Source of the DNA: the human T2T-CHM13v2.0 reference genome, Homo sapiens
Assembly (NCBI RefSeq): GCF_009914755.1
Contig: NC_060948.1
DNA length: 64,000 nucleotides
Reading direction: 5' to 3' (one strand)
Shown here: positions 1-16,609 of the stretch, in pieces
How the letters are laid out: each line of letters starts with the position of its first letter
Numbering within the stretch: position 1 is the first letter of the stretch
Program-made: the position numbers and the translations under genes
The notes under the pieces: model-generated
Databases searched by the model: none
What the model saw: the letters and a program-made list of their open reading frames with translations, nothing else
What the model was told of the DNA's origin: nothing

Positions 1-2085
1 ATGGAATTGACTCAAATGGAATGGACTAGAATGGAATGGATTCGAATGGAAGGCAAAGGAATGGAATCTATTGGAATGGACTGTAATGGAATGGAATGGA
101 AGGGATTGGAATGGACTCGAATGGAATGGACTGCAATAGAAAGGATTCGAATGGAATGAAAAAGAATTGAATGGAATAGAACAGAATGGAATCAAATCGA
201 ATGAAATGGAATGGAATAGAAAGGAATGGAATGAAATGGAATGGAAAGGATTCGAATGGAATGCAATCGAATGGAATGGAATCGAACGGAATGGAATAAA
301 ATGGAAGAAAACTGGCAAGAAATGGAATCGAAATGAATGGAGTGTTATGGAACGGACTCAAAAGGAATTGAATGTAATAGAATGGAGTGGAGTTGACTCG
401 AATATAATGGACTGGAATGGAATGAAATCACATGGAATGGGAACGAATGGAATGGAATGGAAAGGAATGGAATCGAATGGAAAGGAATCGAATGGAAGGG
501 AATGAAATTGAATCAACAGGAATGGAAGGGAATAGAATAGACGGTAATGGAATGGACTCGAATAGAATGGACACGAATGCTCAAATTGAATGGACTCGAA
601 TGGAATGGAAACGAAAGGAATGTCATCGAATGGAATTGAATCGATTGGAATGAAATCGCATAGAATGGAGTGGAATCAAATGGAATTGAATCGAAAGGAA
701 AGGAAGCGAATGGACTGAAATGAAATGGAATGGAATTGAATGGAAAGTTATGTAATGGAATAGAATGGAACGAAATTTCACGGAATGCAATCAAACTGAA
801 TGGAATCAAATCAATGGAATCAAATCAAATGGAATGGAAAGGAATTGAATGCAGTAGATTGGATTGGATGGGATTGGAATGAAATGTACTGGAAAGGACT
901 CGAATTTCATGAAACGGAATGGAATGAATTGGAACGGAACCGACTCGAATGGAATGGAATGTCATGGAATGGCATCAAATGGAATGGCATCAAATGGAAT
1001 GGAATCGAATGCAATGGAGTGCTATGGAATGGAATGGAATGCATTGGAATGGAATGTCCTCTAATGGAATGGATTCGAGTGGAATGGAATCGAATATAAT
1101 GGAGTCGAATGAAATGGAATTGAAAGGAATGGGATCGAATATAATGGAATATACTGGAATGTAATGTAATGAACTCGAATGTAATTGACTGGAATGGAAT
1201 GTACATGAATGGAATGTAATCGAATGGAAAGTAATCCAATGGAATAGAATCTAATGCAATAAAATCGACTCAGATAGAGTAGAATGTAATGGAATGGAGT
1301 GCAGTGCAATGGAATGGAATGGAATGGAATGCAATGGAATGGAATGGAATGGAATGGAATGCAATGGGATGGTGTGGAATGGATAGTAATGGACTGGAGT
1401 GAAATGGACTGGAAAGGAATGGACTCAAATTGAAAGGGCTCGAAAGGAATGGAGTCAAATGGAATGGTCTGGAATGGAATGAACACGAATGTAATGCAAT
1501 CCAATAGAATGGAATCGAATGGCATGGAATATAAAGAAATGGAATCGAAGAGAATGGAAACAAATGGAATGGAATTGAATGGAATGGGAACGAATGGAGT
1601 GAAATTGTATGCAGTAGAAGAGAATAGAATGGAATGCAAGCGAAAGGAAAGGAATGGATTGGAATGGAATGGAATTCATTGGAATGGAAGGGAATGCAGT
1701 GTAATGGACAGGCCTGGAATAAAGTGGAATGCTACGGTCTCGAATGGAATAAAAATGTATGGAATGGAATGCAATGAAACGGAATCGAATGTCATAGAAT
1801 GTAATGGAATGCAAAAAAATGGAATCCAAAATCATTGACTGGAAAGGCTGGGTGTCGAAAGGAATTGACTCCAATGGAATGGAATCGAATGGAATGGAAG
1901 TGAATAGAATCGAACTAAATCGAATGGAATGGAATTGATAGGAACGGAATGGAAAGGAATGCAATGATTTGGCATGGAATGCAATCGAATGGCATCGAAT
2001 GGAATGGAATGGAATGCAATGGAATGGAATGTATTAGAATGTAATGAACTTTAATGGTATGTACTCGAATGGATTCGACTGGAAT

Positions 2086-2100
2086 GGAATGTTCTGGAAG
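2086..2100. promoter_or_regulatory. Perfect heat-shock element motif (nGAAnnTTCnnGAAn); copy at 5630-5644
   Basis: gGAAtgTTCtgGAAg. Motif match only; binding not shown. Confidence 0.45.
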
Positions 2101-2365
2101 TGAATGGACTCCAATGGAATGGATTCAAAAGGAATGGAATCGTACGGAATGGAATCTAATGGAATGGAATTAAATGGAAATGAATCAAATTGAATAGCAC
2201 GGAATTGAATTGAATGGAATCGAATGCAATGGAATCTAATGAAACGGAAAGGAAAGGAATGGAATGGAATGGAATGGGCTGGAATGGAAAGGAATCGAAA
2301 CGAATGGAATGGAATCGAACTGAAGAGACTGGAATGGAATGCACTGGAATGGAAGGGAGTGTAAT

Positions 2366-2380
2366 GGAAGGTTCTCGAAA
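2366..2380. promoter_or_regulatory. Perfect heat-shock element motif; copy at 5910-5924
   Basis: gGAAggTTCtcGAAa. Motif match only. Confidence 0.45.
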
Positions 2381-3386
2381 AAAATGGAATCGAATGGAAT
2401 GGAATTGAATGGAACGGAATAGAGTCGAATGGAATTGAATGGAATGGAATGGACTAGAGTGAAATGGAATCGAACCACAAGGAATGGACAGGAATAGAAT
2501 GGTCTCGAATTGAATGGAATCGTATGGAATGGCATCAAACGGAATGGAATGGACAGCCACGGAATGGAATGCACTCGAATGCAATGGAGTCGAAACTAAT
2601 GGACTGGAATAGAATGGACTCGACTGGTACGGACTCCAATGGAATGGAATCGAATGGAAGGGAATCGAACGGAATGGACTCGAAGGGAAAAGACTGCAAT
2701 GGAGAGGTCTCGAATGGAATGGAAATTAATGGAATGGAATGGAATCGAATGAAATGGAGTCAAAAGGAATGGAATCGAATGGCAAGAAATCGAATGTAAT
2801 GGAATCGCAAGGAATTGATGTGAACGGAACGGAATGGAATGGAATCCAAAGGAATGGAATAGAATGGAATGGAATCGAATGGAAAGGACTCGAATGGAAA
2901 TCACTCGAATAGAATGCAATTTAATAAAATAGGATCAAATGTAATGGAATGGAATGGAAAGGAATCGAAACGAAAGGAATGGAGACAGATGGAATGGAAT
3001 GGAACAGAGAGCAATGGTATAGAATGGAATGGAATCATCTGGAATGGAATTGAATGGAATGGAATAACATGAAATGGACTGGAATGGAATGGAATGCCCT
3101 TGAATTAAATGGACTGGAATGGAATGGACTCGAACAGAGTGGAATGGAAAGTGTTGAAATAGAATGGAATGGACTGGTTTGGAAGGGTCTAGTATGCAAT
3201 GCAATCGACTGGCAGGGAATCAAAAGGAATGTAATCGAATGGATTGGACTGGAATGCAATGGACTCGAATAGATTGGAAACGGAATGCAAAGGAATGGAA
3301 TGGAATAGTATGGAATGGAATGGAAAGGAATGGAGTGGAATAGACTAGAGTGGAATGGAATGGACTCGAAAGCAATGGACTGGAAT

Positions 3387-3401
3387 GGAACTTTCTTGAA
3401 T
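3387..3401. promoter_or_regulatory. Perfect heat-shock element motif; copy at 6931-6945
   Basis: gGAActTTCttGAAt. Motif match only. Confidence 0.45.
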
Positions 3402-6400
3402 GGACTGGAATCAAACGGAATGGAATGCAATGCAATCAAATGGCATGGAATAAAATAGAATGAAAGAGAATCAAATGGAATTGAATCGAATGGAATCGAA
3501 TGGATTGGAAAGGAATAGAATGGAATGGAATGGAATTGACTCAAATGGAATGGACTAGAATGGAATGGATTCGAATGGAAGGCAAAGGAATGGAATCTAT
3601 TGGAATGGACTGTAATGGAATGGAATGGAAGGGATTGGAATGGACTCGAATGGAATGGACTGCAATAGAAAGGATTCGAATGGAATGAAAAAGAATTGAA
3701 TGGAATAGAACAGAATGGAATCAAATCGAATGAAATGGAATGGAATAGAAAGGAATGGAATGAAATGGAATGGAAAGGATTCGAATGGAATGCAATCGAA
3801 TGGAATGGAATCGAACGGAATGGAATAAAATGGAAGAAAACTGGCAAGAAATGGAATCGAAATGAATGGAGTGTTATGGAACGGACTCAAAAGGAATTGA
3901 ATGTAATAGAATGGAGTGGAGTGGACTCGAATATAATGGACTGGAATGGAATGAAATCACATGGAATGGGAACGAATGGAATGGAATGGAAAGGAATGGA
4001 ATCGAATGGAAAGGAATCGAATGGAAGGGAATGAAATTGAATCAACAGGAATGGAAGGGAATAGAATAGACGGTAATGGAATGGACTCGAATAGAATGGA
4101 CACAAATGCTCAAATTGAATGGACTCGAATGGAATGGAAACGAAAGGAATGTCATCGAATGGAATTGAATCGATTGGAATGAAATAGCATAGAATGGAGT
4201 GGAATCAAATGGAATTGAATCGAAAGGAAAGGAAGCGAATGGACTGAAATGAAATGGAATGGAATTGAATGGAAAGTTATGTAATGGAATAGAATGGAAC
4301 GAAATTTCACGGAATGCAATCAAACTGAATGGAATCAAATCAATGGAATCAAATCAAATGGAATGGAAAGGAATTGAATGGAGTAGATTGGATTGGATGG
4401 GATTGGAATGAAATGTACTGGAAAGGACTCGAATTTCATGAAACGGAATGGAATGAATTGGAACGGAACGGACTCGAATGGAATGGAATGTCATGGAATG
4501 GCATCAAATGGAATGGCATCAAATGGAATGGAATCGAATGCAATGGAGTGCTATGGAATGGAATGGAATGCATTGGAATGGAATGTCCTCTAATGGAATG
4601 GATTCGAGTGGAATGGAATCGAATATAATGGAGTCGAATGAAATGGAATTGAAAGGAATGGGATCGAATACAATGCAATATACTGGAATGTAATGTAATG
4701 AACTCGAATGTAATTGACTGGAATGGAATGTATATGAATGGAATGTAATTGAATGGAAAGTAATCCAATGGAATAGAATCTAATGCAATAAAATCGACTC
4801 AGATAGAGTAGAATGTAATGGAATGGAGTGCAGTGCAATGGAATGGAATGGAATGGAATGCAATGGAATGGAATGGAATGGAATGGAATGGGATGGAATG
4901 GTGTGGAATGGATAGTAATGGACTGGAGTGAAATGGACTGGAAAGGAATGGACTCAAATTGAAAGGGCTCGAAAGGAATGGAGTCAAATGGAATGGTCTG
5001 GAATGGAATGAACACGAATGTAATGCAATCCAATAGAATGGAATCGAATGGCATGGAATATAAAGAAATGGAATCGAAGAGAATGGAAACAAATGGAATG
5101 GAATTGAATGGAATGGAATTGAATGGAATGGGAACGAATGGAGTGAAATTGTATGCAGTAGAAGAGAATAGAATGGAATGCAAGCGAAAGGAAAGGAATG
5201 GATTGGAATGGAATGGAATTCATTGGAATGGAAGGGAATGTAGTGTAATGGACAGGCCTGGAATAAAGTGGAATGCTACGGTCTCGAATGGAATAAAAAT
5301 GTATGGAATGGAATGCAATGAAACGGAATCGAATGTCATAGAATGTAATGGAATGCAAAAAAATGGAATCCAAAATCATTGACTGGAAAGGCTGGGTTTC
5401 GAAAGGAATTGTCTCCAATGGAATGGAATCGAATGGAATGGAAGTGAATAGAATCGAACTAAATCGAATGGAATGGAATTGATAGGAACGGAATGGAAAG
5501 GAATGCAATGATTTGGCATGGAATGCAATCGAATGGCATCGAATGGAATGGAATGGAATGCAATGGAATGGAATGTATTAGAATGTAATGAACTTTAATG
5601 GTATGTACTCGAATGGATTCGACTGGAATGGAATGTTCTGGAAGTGAATGGACTCCAATGGAATGGATTCAAAAGGAATGGAATCGTACGGAATGGAATC
5701 TAATGGAATGGAATTAAATGGAAATGAATCAAATTGAATAGCACGGAATTGAATTGAATGGAATCGAATGCAATGGAATCTAATGAAACGGAAAGGAAAG
5801 GAATGGAATGGAATGGAATGGGCTGGAATGGAAAGGAATCGAAACGAATGGAATGGAATCGAACTGAAGAGACTGGAATGGAATGCACTGGAATGGAAGG
5901 GAGTGTAATGGAAGGTTCTCGAAAAAAATGGAATGGAATGGAATGGAATTGAATGGAACGGAATAGAGTCGAATGGAATTGAATGGAATGGAATGGACTA
6001 GAGTGAAATGGAATCGAACCACAAGGAATGGACAGGAATAGAATGGTCTCGAATTGAATGGAATCGTATGGAATGGCATCAAACGGAATGGAATGGACAG
6101 CCACGGAATGGAATGCACTCGAATGCAATGGAGTCGAAACTAATGGACTGGAATAGAATGGACTCGACTGGTGCGGACTCCAATGGAATGGAATCGAATG
6201 GAAGGGAATCGAACGGAATGGACTCGAAGGGAAAAGACTGCAATGGAGAGGTCTCGAATGGAATGGAAATTAATGGAATGGAATGGAATCGAATGAAATG
6301 GAGTCAAAAGGAATGGAATCGAATGGCAAGAAATCGAATGTAATGGAATCGCAAGGAATTGATGTGAACGGAACGGAATGGAATGGAATCCAAAGGAATG

Positions 6401-8309
6401 GAATAGAATGGAATGGAATCGAATGGAAAGGACTCGAATGGAAATCACTCGAATAGAATGCAATTTAATAAAATAGGATCAAATGGAATGGAATGGAATG
6501 GAAAGGAATCGAAACGAAAGGAATGGAGACAGATGGAATGGAATGGAACAGAGAGCAATGGTATAGAATGGAATGGAATCATCTGGAATGGAATTGAATG
6601 GAATGGAATAACATGAAATGGACTGGAATGGAATGGAATGCCCTTGAATTAAATGGACTGGAATGGAATGGACTCGAACAGAGTGGAATGGAAAGTGTTG
6701 AAATATAATGGAATGGACTGGTTTGGAATGGTCTAGTATGCAATGCAATCGACTGGCAGGGAATCAAAAGGAATGTAATCGAATGGATTGGACTGGAATG
6801 CAATGGACTCGAATAGATTGGAAACGGAATGCAAAGGAATGGAATGGAATAGTATGGAATGGAATGGAAAGGAATGGAGTGGAATAGACTAGAGTGGAAT
6901 GGAATGGACTCGAAAGCAATGGACTGGAATGGAACTTTCTTGAATGGACTGGAATCAAACGGAATGGAATGCAATGCAATCAAATGGCATGGAATAAAAT
7001 AGAATGAAAGAGAATCAAATGGAATTGAATCGAATGGAATCGAATGGATTGGAAAGGAATAGAATGGAATGGAATGGAATTGACTCAAATGGAATGGACT
7101 AGAATGGAATGGATTCGAATGGAAGGCAAAGGAATGGAATCTATTGGAATGGACTGTAATGGAATGGAATGGAAGGGATTGGAATGGACTCGAATGGAAT
7201 GGACTGCAATAGAAAGGATTCGAATGGAATGAAAAAGAATTGAATGGAATAGAACAGAATGGAATCAAATCGAATGAAATGGAATGGAATAGAAAGGAAT
7301 GGAATGAAATGGAATGGAAAGGATTCGAATGGAATGCAATCGAATGGAATGGAATCGAACGCAATGGAATAAAATGGAAGAAAACTGGCAAGAAATGGAA
7401 TCGAAATGAATGGAGTGTTATGGAACGGACTCAAAAGGAATTGAATGTAATAGAATGGAGTGGAGTGGACTCGAATATAATGGACTGGAATGGAATGAAA
7501 TCACATGGAATGGGAACGAATGGAATGGAATGGAAAGGAATGGAATCGAATGGAAAGGAATCGAATGGAAGGGAATGAAATTGAATCAACAGGAATGGAA
7601 GGGAATAGAATAGACGGTAATGGAATGGACTCGAATAGAATGGACACGAATGCTCAAATTGAATGGACTCGAATGGAATGGAAACGAAAGGAATGTCATC
7701 GAATGGAATTGAATCGATTGGAATGAAATCGCATAGAATGGAGTGGAATCAAATGGAATTGAATCGAAAGGAAAGGAAGCGAATGGACTGAAATGAAATG
7801 GAATGGAATTGAATGGAAAGTAATGCAATGGAAAAGAATGGAACGAAATTTCACGGAATGGAATCAAACTGAATGGAATCAAATCAATGGAATCAAATCA
7901 AATGGAATGGAAAGGAATTGAATGGAGTAGATTGGATTGGATGGGATTGGAATGAAATGTACTGGAAAGGACTCGAATTTCATGAAACGGAATGGAATGA
8001 ATTGGAACGGAATGGACTCGAATGGAATGGAATGTCATGGAATGGCATCAAATGGAATGGCATCAAATGGAATGGAATCGAATGTAATGGAATGGAATGC
8101 ATTGGAATGGAATGTCCTCTAATGGAATGGATTCGAGTGGAATGGAATCGAATATAATGGAGTCGAATGAAATGGAATTGAAAGGAATGGGATCGAATAC
8201 AATGGAATATACTGGAATGTAATGTAATGAACTCGAATGTATTTGACTGGAATGGAATGTACATGAATGGAATGTAATCGAATGGAAAGTAATCCAATGG
8301 AATAGAATC

Positions 8310-9351
<1,042 letters not shown>

Positions 9352-9920
9352 AGATCCATAATTTTTAAATGAAAAAAAATTTCAAAGGTACTCTGCTTGG
9401 TACAATAATCAAATGTATAAACTGAGGAATAAAACATAACCATGAAACCTACTTATAACTGCATATGGAAAATACAAAGGATAATTTTTTAAATAACATA
9501 TTGTTAAAGCCTTAACTAGTAATTTGAAGAGTTGGCATTTGAAAGGCCAGTATGAATATACCTTCACAGCAGCAACACAGGTTCCCCATGAGAAAAAGCA
9601 AACTCAGGGAAAATAAAACCACAAAGGTTCAATCTCTTCTGACCTTTGAAAGACACAGCACAGACAGTGGTCCTTAGGACGAAGAGCAGGAGACCCCTAA
9701 TTCCGTCACCATGGCGATAGGGCATAAACATTGCTGGGTAAGGGCACAATCCACATTGTGAGGTCCAACTGCTGCCAGGAAGACAGGAGTGCTTTTACAT
9801 AGACCGAAAGGTCATTGAAGGCTCAGAGTTTTGTTTCAAGAACTGAATCCCAAGCCCACACGTTATTAGGCTGCGCTTCTTAAAATAAGTTATGAGATGG
9901 GAAAAAGGGCACCCACAAAC
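9352..9920. repeat. HSATI-type non-Alu subunit of DYZ2 (representative; present after every Alu)
   Basis: ~570-bp complex segment between the Alu 5' end and the AT-rich tract. The name comes from known DYZ2 composition, not from an alignment. Confidence 0.75.
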
Positions 9921-11771
<1,851 letters not shown>

Positions 11772-13899
11772 AGATCCATATTTTTTAAATGAAAAAAAAT
11801 TTCAAAGGTACTCTGCTTGGTACAATAATCAAATGTATAAACTGAGGAATAAAACATAACCATGAAACCTACTTATAACTGCATATGGAAAATACAGAGG
11901 ATAATTTTTTAAATAACATATTTTGAAAGCCTTAACTAGTAATTTGAAGAGTTGGCATTTGAAAGGCCAGTATGAATATACCTTCAAAGCAGCAACACAG
12001 GTTCCCCATGAGAAAAAGCAAACTCAGGGAAAATAAAACCACAAAGGTTCAATCTCTTCTGACCTTTGAAAGACACAGCACAGACAGTGGTCCTTAGGAC
12101 GAAGAGCAGGAGACCCCTAATTCCGTCACCATGGCGATAGGGCATAAACATTGCTGGGTGAGGGCACAATCCACATTGTGAAGTCCAAGTGCTGCCAGGA
12201 AGACAGGAGTGCTTTTACATAGACCGAAAGGTCATTGAAGGCTCAGAGTTTTGTTTCAAGAACTGAATCCCAAGCCCACAAGTTATTAGGCTGCGCGTCT
12301 TAAAACAAGTTATGAGATGGGAAAAAGGGCACCCACAAACATACGTATACATTATGTATATAATAATATACAGTATCATATATATAATATATATAACCTA
12401 TGTATAATATTGTTTTACATCCTGCATCTTATGTTATATATATTGTATAAAATATAATAATTGATAATATATAAGTTTTATATTTATACAATATGACATA
12501 TAGTATATATTATAATTTATGACATATATAATATATGTTATATAGCATATATAGAATATATTATACGGTTAATATACGTATTAAATATAAATTATACATT
12601 ATATATATTATATATAATATATCTGTTATATATAATACCCATTATGCATAATATATATATTATGTCTATGATATATATAGTATAAAACAACATATAATAA
12701 TATATAATTGTATATATAAAATGCGACATATAATATATATTATATTTTATGACATATGTAATATATATTATATATTATATATAATGCGTTGTATGTATAA
12801 TACCTATATTAAATATATATTACATGACTATGTTATTAATTACATGTCACATGTGTTATATATTATTTATTTTACATAGAATATACCAGTTACATACAAT
12901 ATAAAGTATGTTACCTATAATGTATAATTTATTACATGTAAAATAAAGAATGCAATATATTATGTATAATTTATAATATACAATATGTGGAATGTGATAT
13001 ATATAACATATAATATATGATATATGATATAGAGTATATGATATATAACATACAGTATATGATACCTAATATATATGATATACAATATATATTTTATGAT
13101 ATGTATTCTATATGTTATATATTCTGTTATATATAACTGTTTGAAATTATATATAACTGTATAATATTTTAGGTAAATATGTAATATAATATATATAACT
13201 TTATAATATATTATATATAACTATATATTATGTTATATATACTTTTATAACATGATTTACATAAAATATCATAATATAATATATATTATATTATTTCATA
13301 TTACATAATATATATTACATATCACCCAATATAAGTAACATATATAATATTATAATATAGATTATATTATGTTATATTAAATATCATATATATCATGTAT
13401 CATATATTCTATAATATATATTATACATTATATAATATGTATGTTGTCTATTATGTGATATATATAACTATATATATAATTATATTATTATACATATAAC
13501 TAGATAAACATGTAATTCTACATATTTTCATTTATAATATATAGAATTATATAATCATATATAATTATTTATATTCTATAAAAAATTATATCATTATATA
13601 AATTAGAATATATAAAAATTATAATATGTACTACAAACATATATATTATATATCATATATGATATAGTACCTTTGTTATATATCATAATACATATAAATG
13701 TGTATTATGTTATCTATAATTATATAATTTCATATATAAGATGTATAATATGTATTATTTATTATATACGTTATGTAATATATATAGTATATATAAGCTG
13801 ACACAGGATAAATATTATATACTATGACATATAAAATATATGAGGTTATATGTTACATATAAGGCATAGCACATAACATGTAATATATATCATATATAA

Positions 13900-14191
13900 T
13901 TTTTTTTTAGACAGAGTCTTGTCCTGTTGCACAGGGTGGAGTAAAATGGCGCCATCTTTGCTCACTGCAACATCTGCCTCACGGGTCCAAGCGATTGTCC
14001 TCCCTCAGCCTCCCAGGTAGCTGGGACTACACCACACTGCGACTACACCAGCTGCCACCATGCCTAGCTAATTTTTTGGATTTTTAGTAGTGACAGCGTT
14101 TCACTGTATTGGCCAGGATGGTCTTGATCTCTTCACCTTGTGATCCCCTTGCCTTGGCCTCCAAATTTGCTGGGATTACAGGCCTGAGCCA
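13900..14191 (-). mobile_element. Diverged Alu, DYZ2 copy 3
   Basis: Same Alu motifs as copy 1. Confidence 0.95.
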
Positions 14192-16294
14192 AGATCCATA
14201 TTTTTTAAATGAAAAAAAATTTCAAAGGTACTCTGCTTGGTACAATAATCAAATGTATAAACTGAGGAATAAAACATAACCATGAAACCTACTTATAACT
14301 GCATATGGAAAATACAGAGGATAATTTTTTAAATAACATATTTTGAAAGCCTTAACTAGTAATTTGAAGAGTTGGCATTTGAAAGGCCAGTATGAATATA
14401 CCTTCAAAGCAGCAACACAGGTTCCCCATGAGAAAAAGCAAACTCAGGGAAAATAAAACCACAAAGGTTCAATCTCTTCTGACCTTTGAAAGACACAGCA
14501 CAGACAGTGGTCCTTAGGACGAAGAGCAGGAGACCCCTAATTCCGTCACCATGGCGATAGGGCATAAACATTGCTGGGTGAGGGCACAATCCACCTTGTG
14601 AGGTCCAACTGCTGCCAGGAAGACAGGAGTGCTTTTACATAGACCGAAAAGTCATTGAAGGCTCAGAGTTTTGTTTCAAGAACTGAATCCCAAGCCCACA
14701 CGTTATTAGGCTGCGCTTCTTAAAACAAGTTATGAGATGGGAAAAAGGGCACCCACAAACATACGTATACATTATGTATATAATAATATACAGTATCATA
14801 TATATAATATATATAACCTATGTATAATATTGTTTTACATCCTGCATCTTATGTTATATATATTGTTTAAAATATAATAATTGATAATATATAAGTTTTA
14901 TATTTATTCAATATGACATATAGTATATATTATAATTTATGACATATATAGTATATGTTATATATCATATATAGAATATATTATACGGTTAATATACGTA
15001 TTAAATATAAATTATACATTATATATATTATATATAATATATCTGTTATATATAATACCCATTATGCATAATATATATATTATGTCTATGATATATATAG
15101 TATAAAACAACATATAATAATATATAATTGTATATATAAAATGCGACATATAATATATATTATATTTTATGACATATGTAATATATATTATATATTATAT
15201 ATAATGCGTTGTATGTATAATACCTATATTAAATATATATTACATGACTATGTTATTAATTACATATCACATGTGTTATATATTATTTATTTTACATAGA
15301 ATATACCGGTTACATACAATATATAGTATGTTACCTATAATGTATAATTTATTACATGTAAAATAAAGAATGCAATATATTATGTATAATTTATAATATA
15401 CAATATGTGGAATGTGATATATATAACATATAATATATGATATGTGATATAGAGTATATGATATATAACATACAGTATATGATACCTAATATATATGATA
15501 TACAATATATATTTTATGATATGTATTCTATAAGTTATATATTCTGTTATATATAACTGTTTGAAATTATATATAACTGTATAATATTTTAGGTAAATAT
15601 GTAATATAATATATATAACTTTATAATATATTATATATAACTATATATTATGTTATATATACTTTTATAACATAATTTACATAAAATATCATAAGATAAT
15701 ATATATTATATTATTTCATATTACATAATATATATTACATATCACCCAATATAAGTAACATACATAATATTATAATATAGATTATATTATGTTATATTAA
15801 ATATCATATATATCATGTATCATATATTCTATAATATATATTATACATTATATAATATGTATGTTGTCTATTATGTGATATATATAACTATATATATAAT
15901 TATATTATTATACATATAACTAGATAAACATGTAATTCTACATATTTTCATTTATAATATATAGAATTATATAATCATATATAATTATTTATATTCTATA
16001 AAAAATTATATCATTATATAAATTAGAATATATAAAAATTATAATATGTACTACAAACATATATATTATATATCATATATGATATAGTACCTTTGTTATA
16101 TATCATAATACATATAAATGTGTATTATGTTATCTATAATTATATAATTTCATATAAGATGTATAATATGTATTATTTATTATATACGTTATGTAATATA
16201 TATAGTATATATAAGCTGACACAGGATAAATATTATATACTATGACATATAAAATATATGAGGTTATATGTTACATATAAGGCATAGCACATAA

Positions 16295-16609
<315 letters not shown>

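Larger units (their letters stand above)
1672..5215 (+). repeat. One complete DYZ1 unit (EcoRI to EcoRI, 3544 bp)
   Basis: GAATTC at 1672-1677 and 5216-5221 with matching flanks. Confidence 0.93.
1..8309 (+). repeat. DYZ1 / human satellite 3 (HSat3) array, (GGAAT)n-derived, ~3.5-kb higher-order unit, ~2.35 copies
   Basis: Degenerate GGAAT/CGAAT pentamers throughout. Identical ORF-track patterns recur at offsets 3529 and 3544 (68->3597->7141). I saw one EcoRI site (1672, 5216) and one HaeIII site (1711, 5255) per unit, 3544 bp apart, as expected for the Y-specific ~3.4-3.6 kb HaeIII/EcoRI repeat. It lies directly next to DYZ2. Confidence 0.97.

Noticed and set aside
902-913. GAAtTTCatGAA as an additional heat-shock element
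   Set aside because: GAA-TTC spacing is 1 bp rather than 2, so it is not a canonical HSE.
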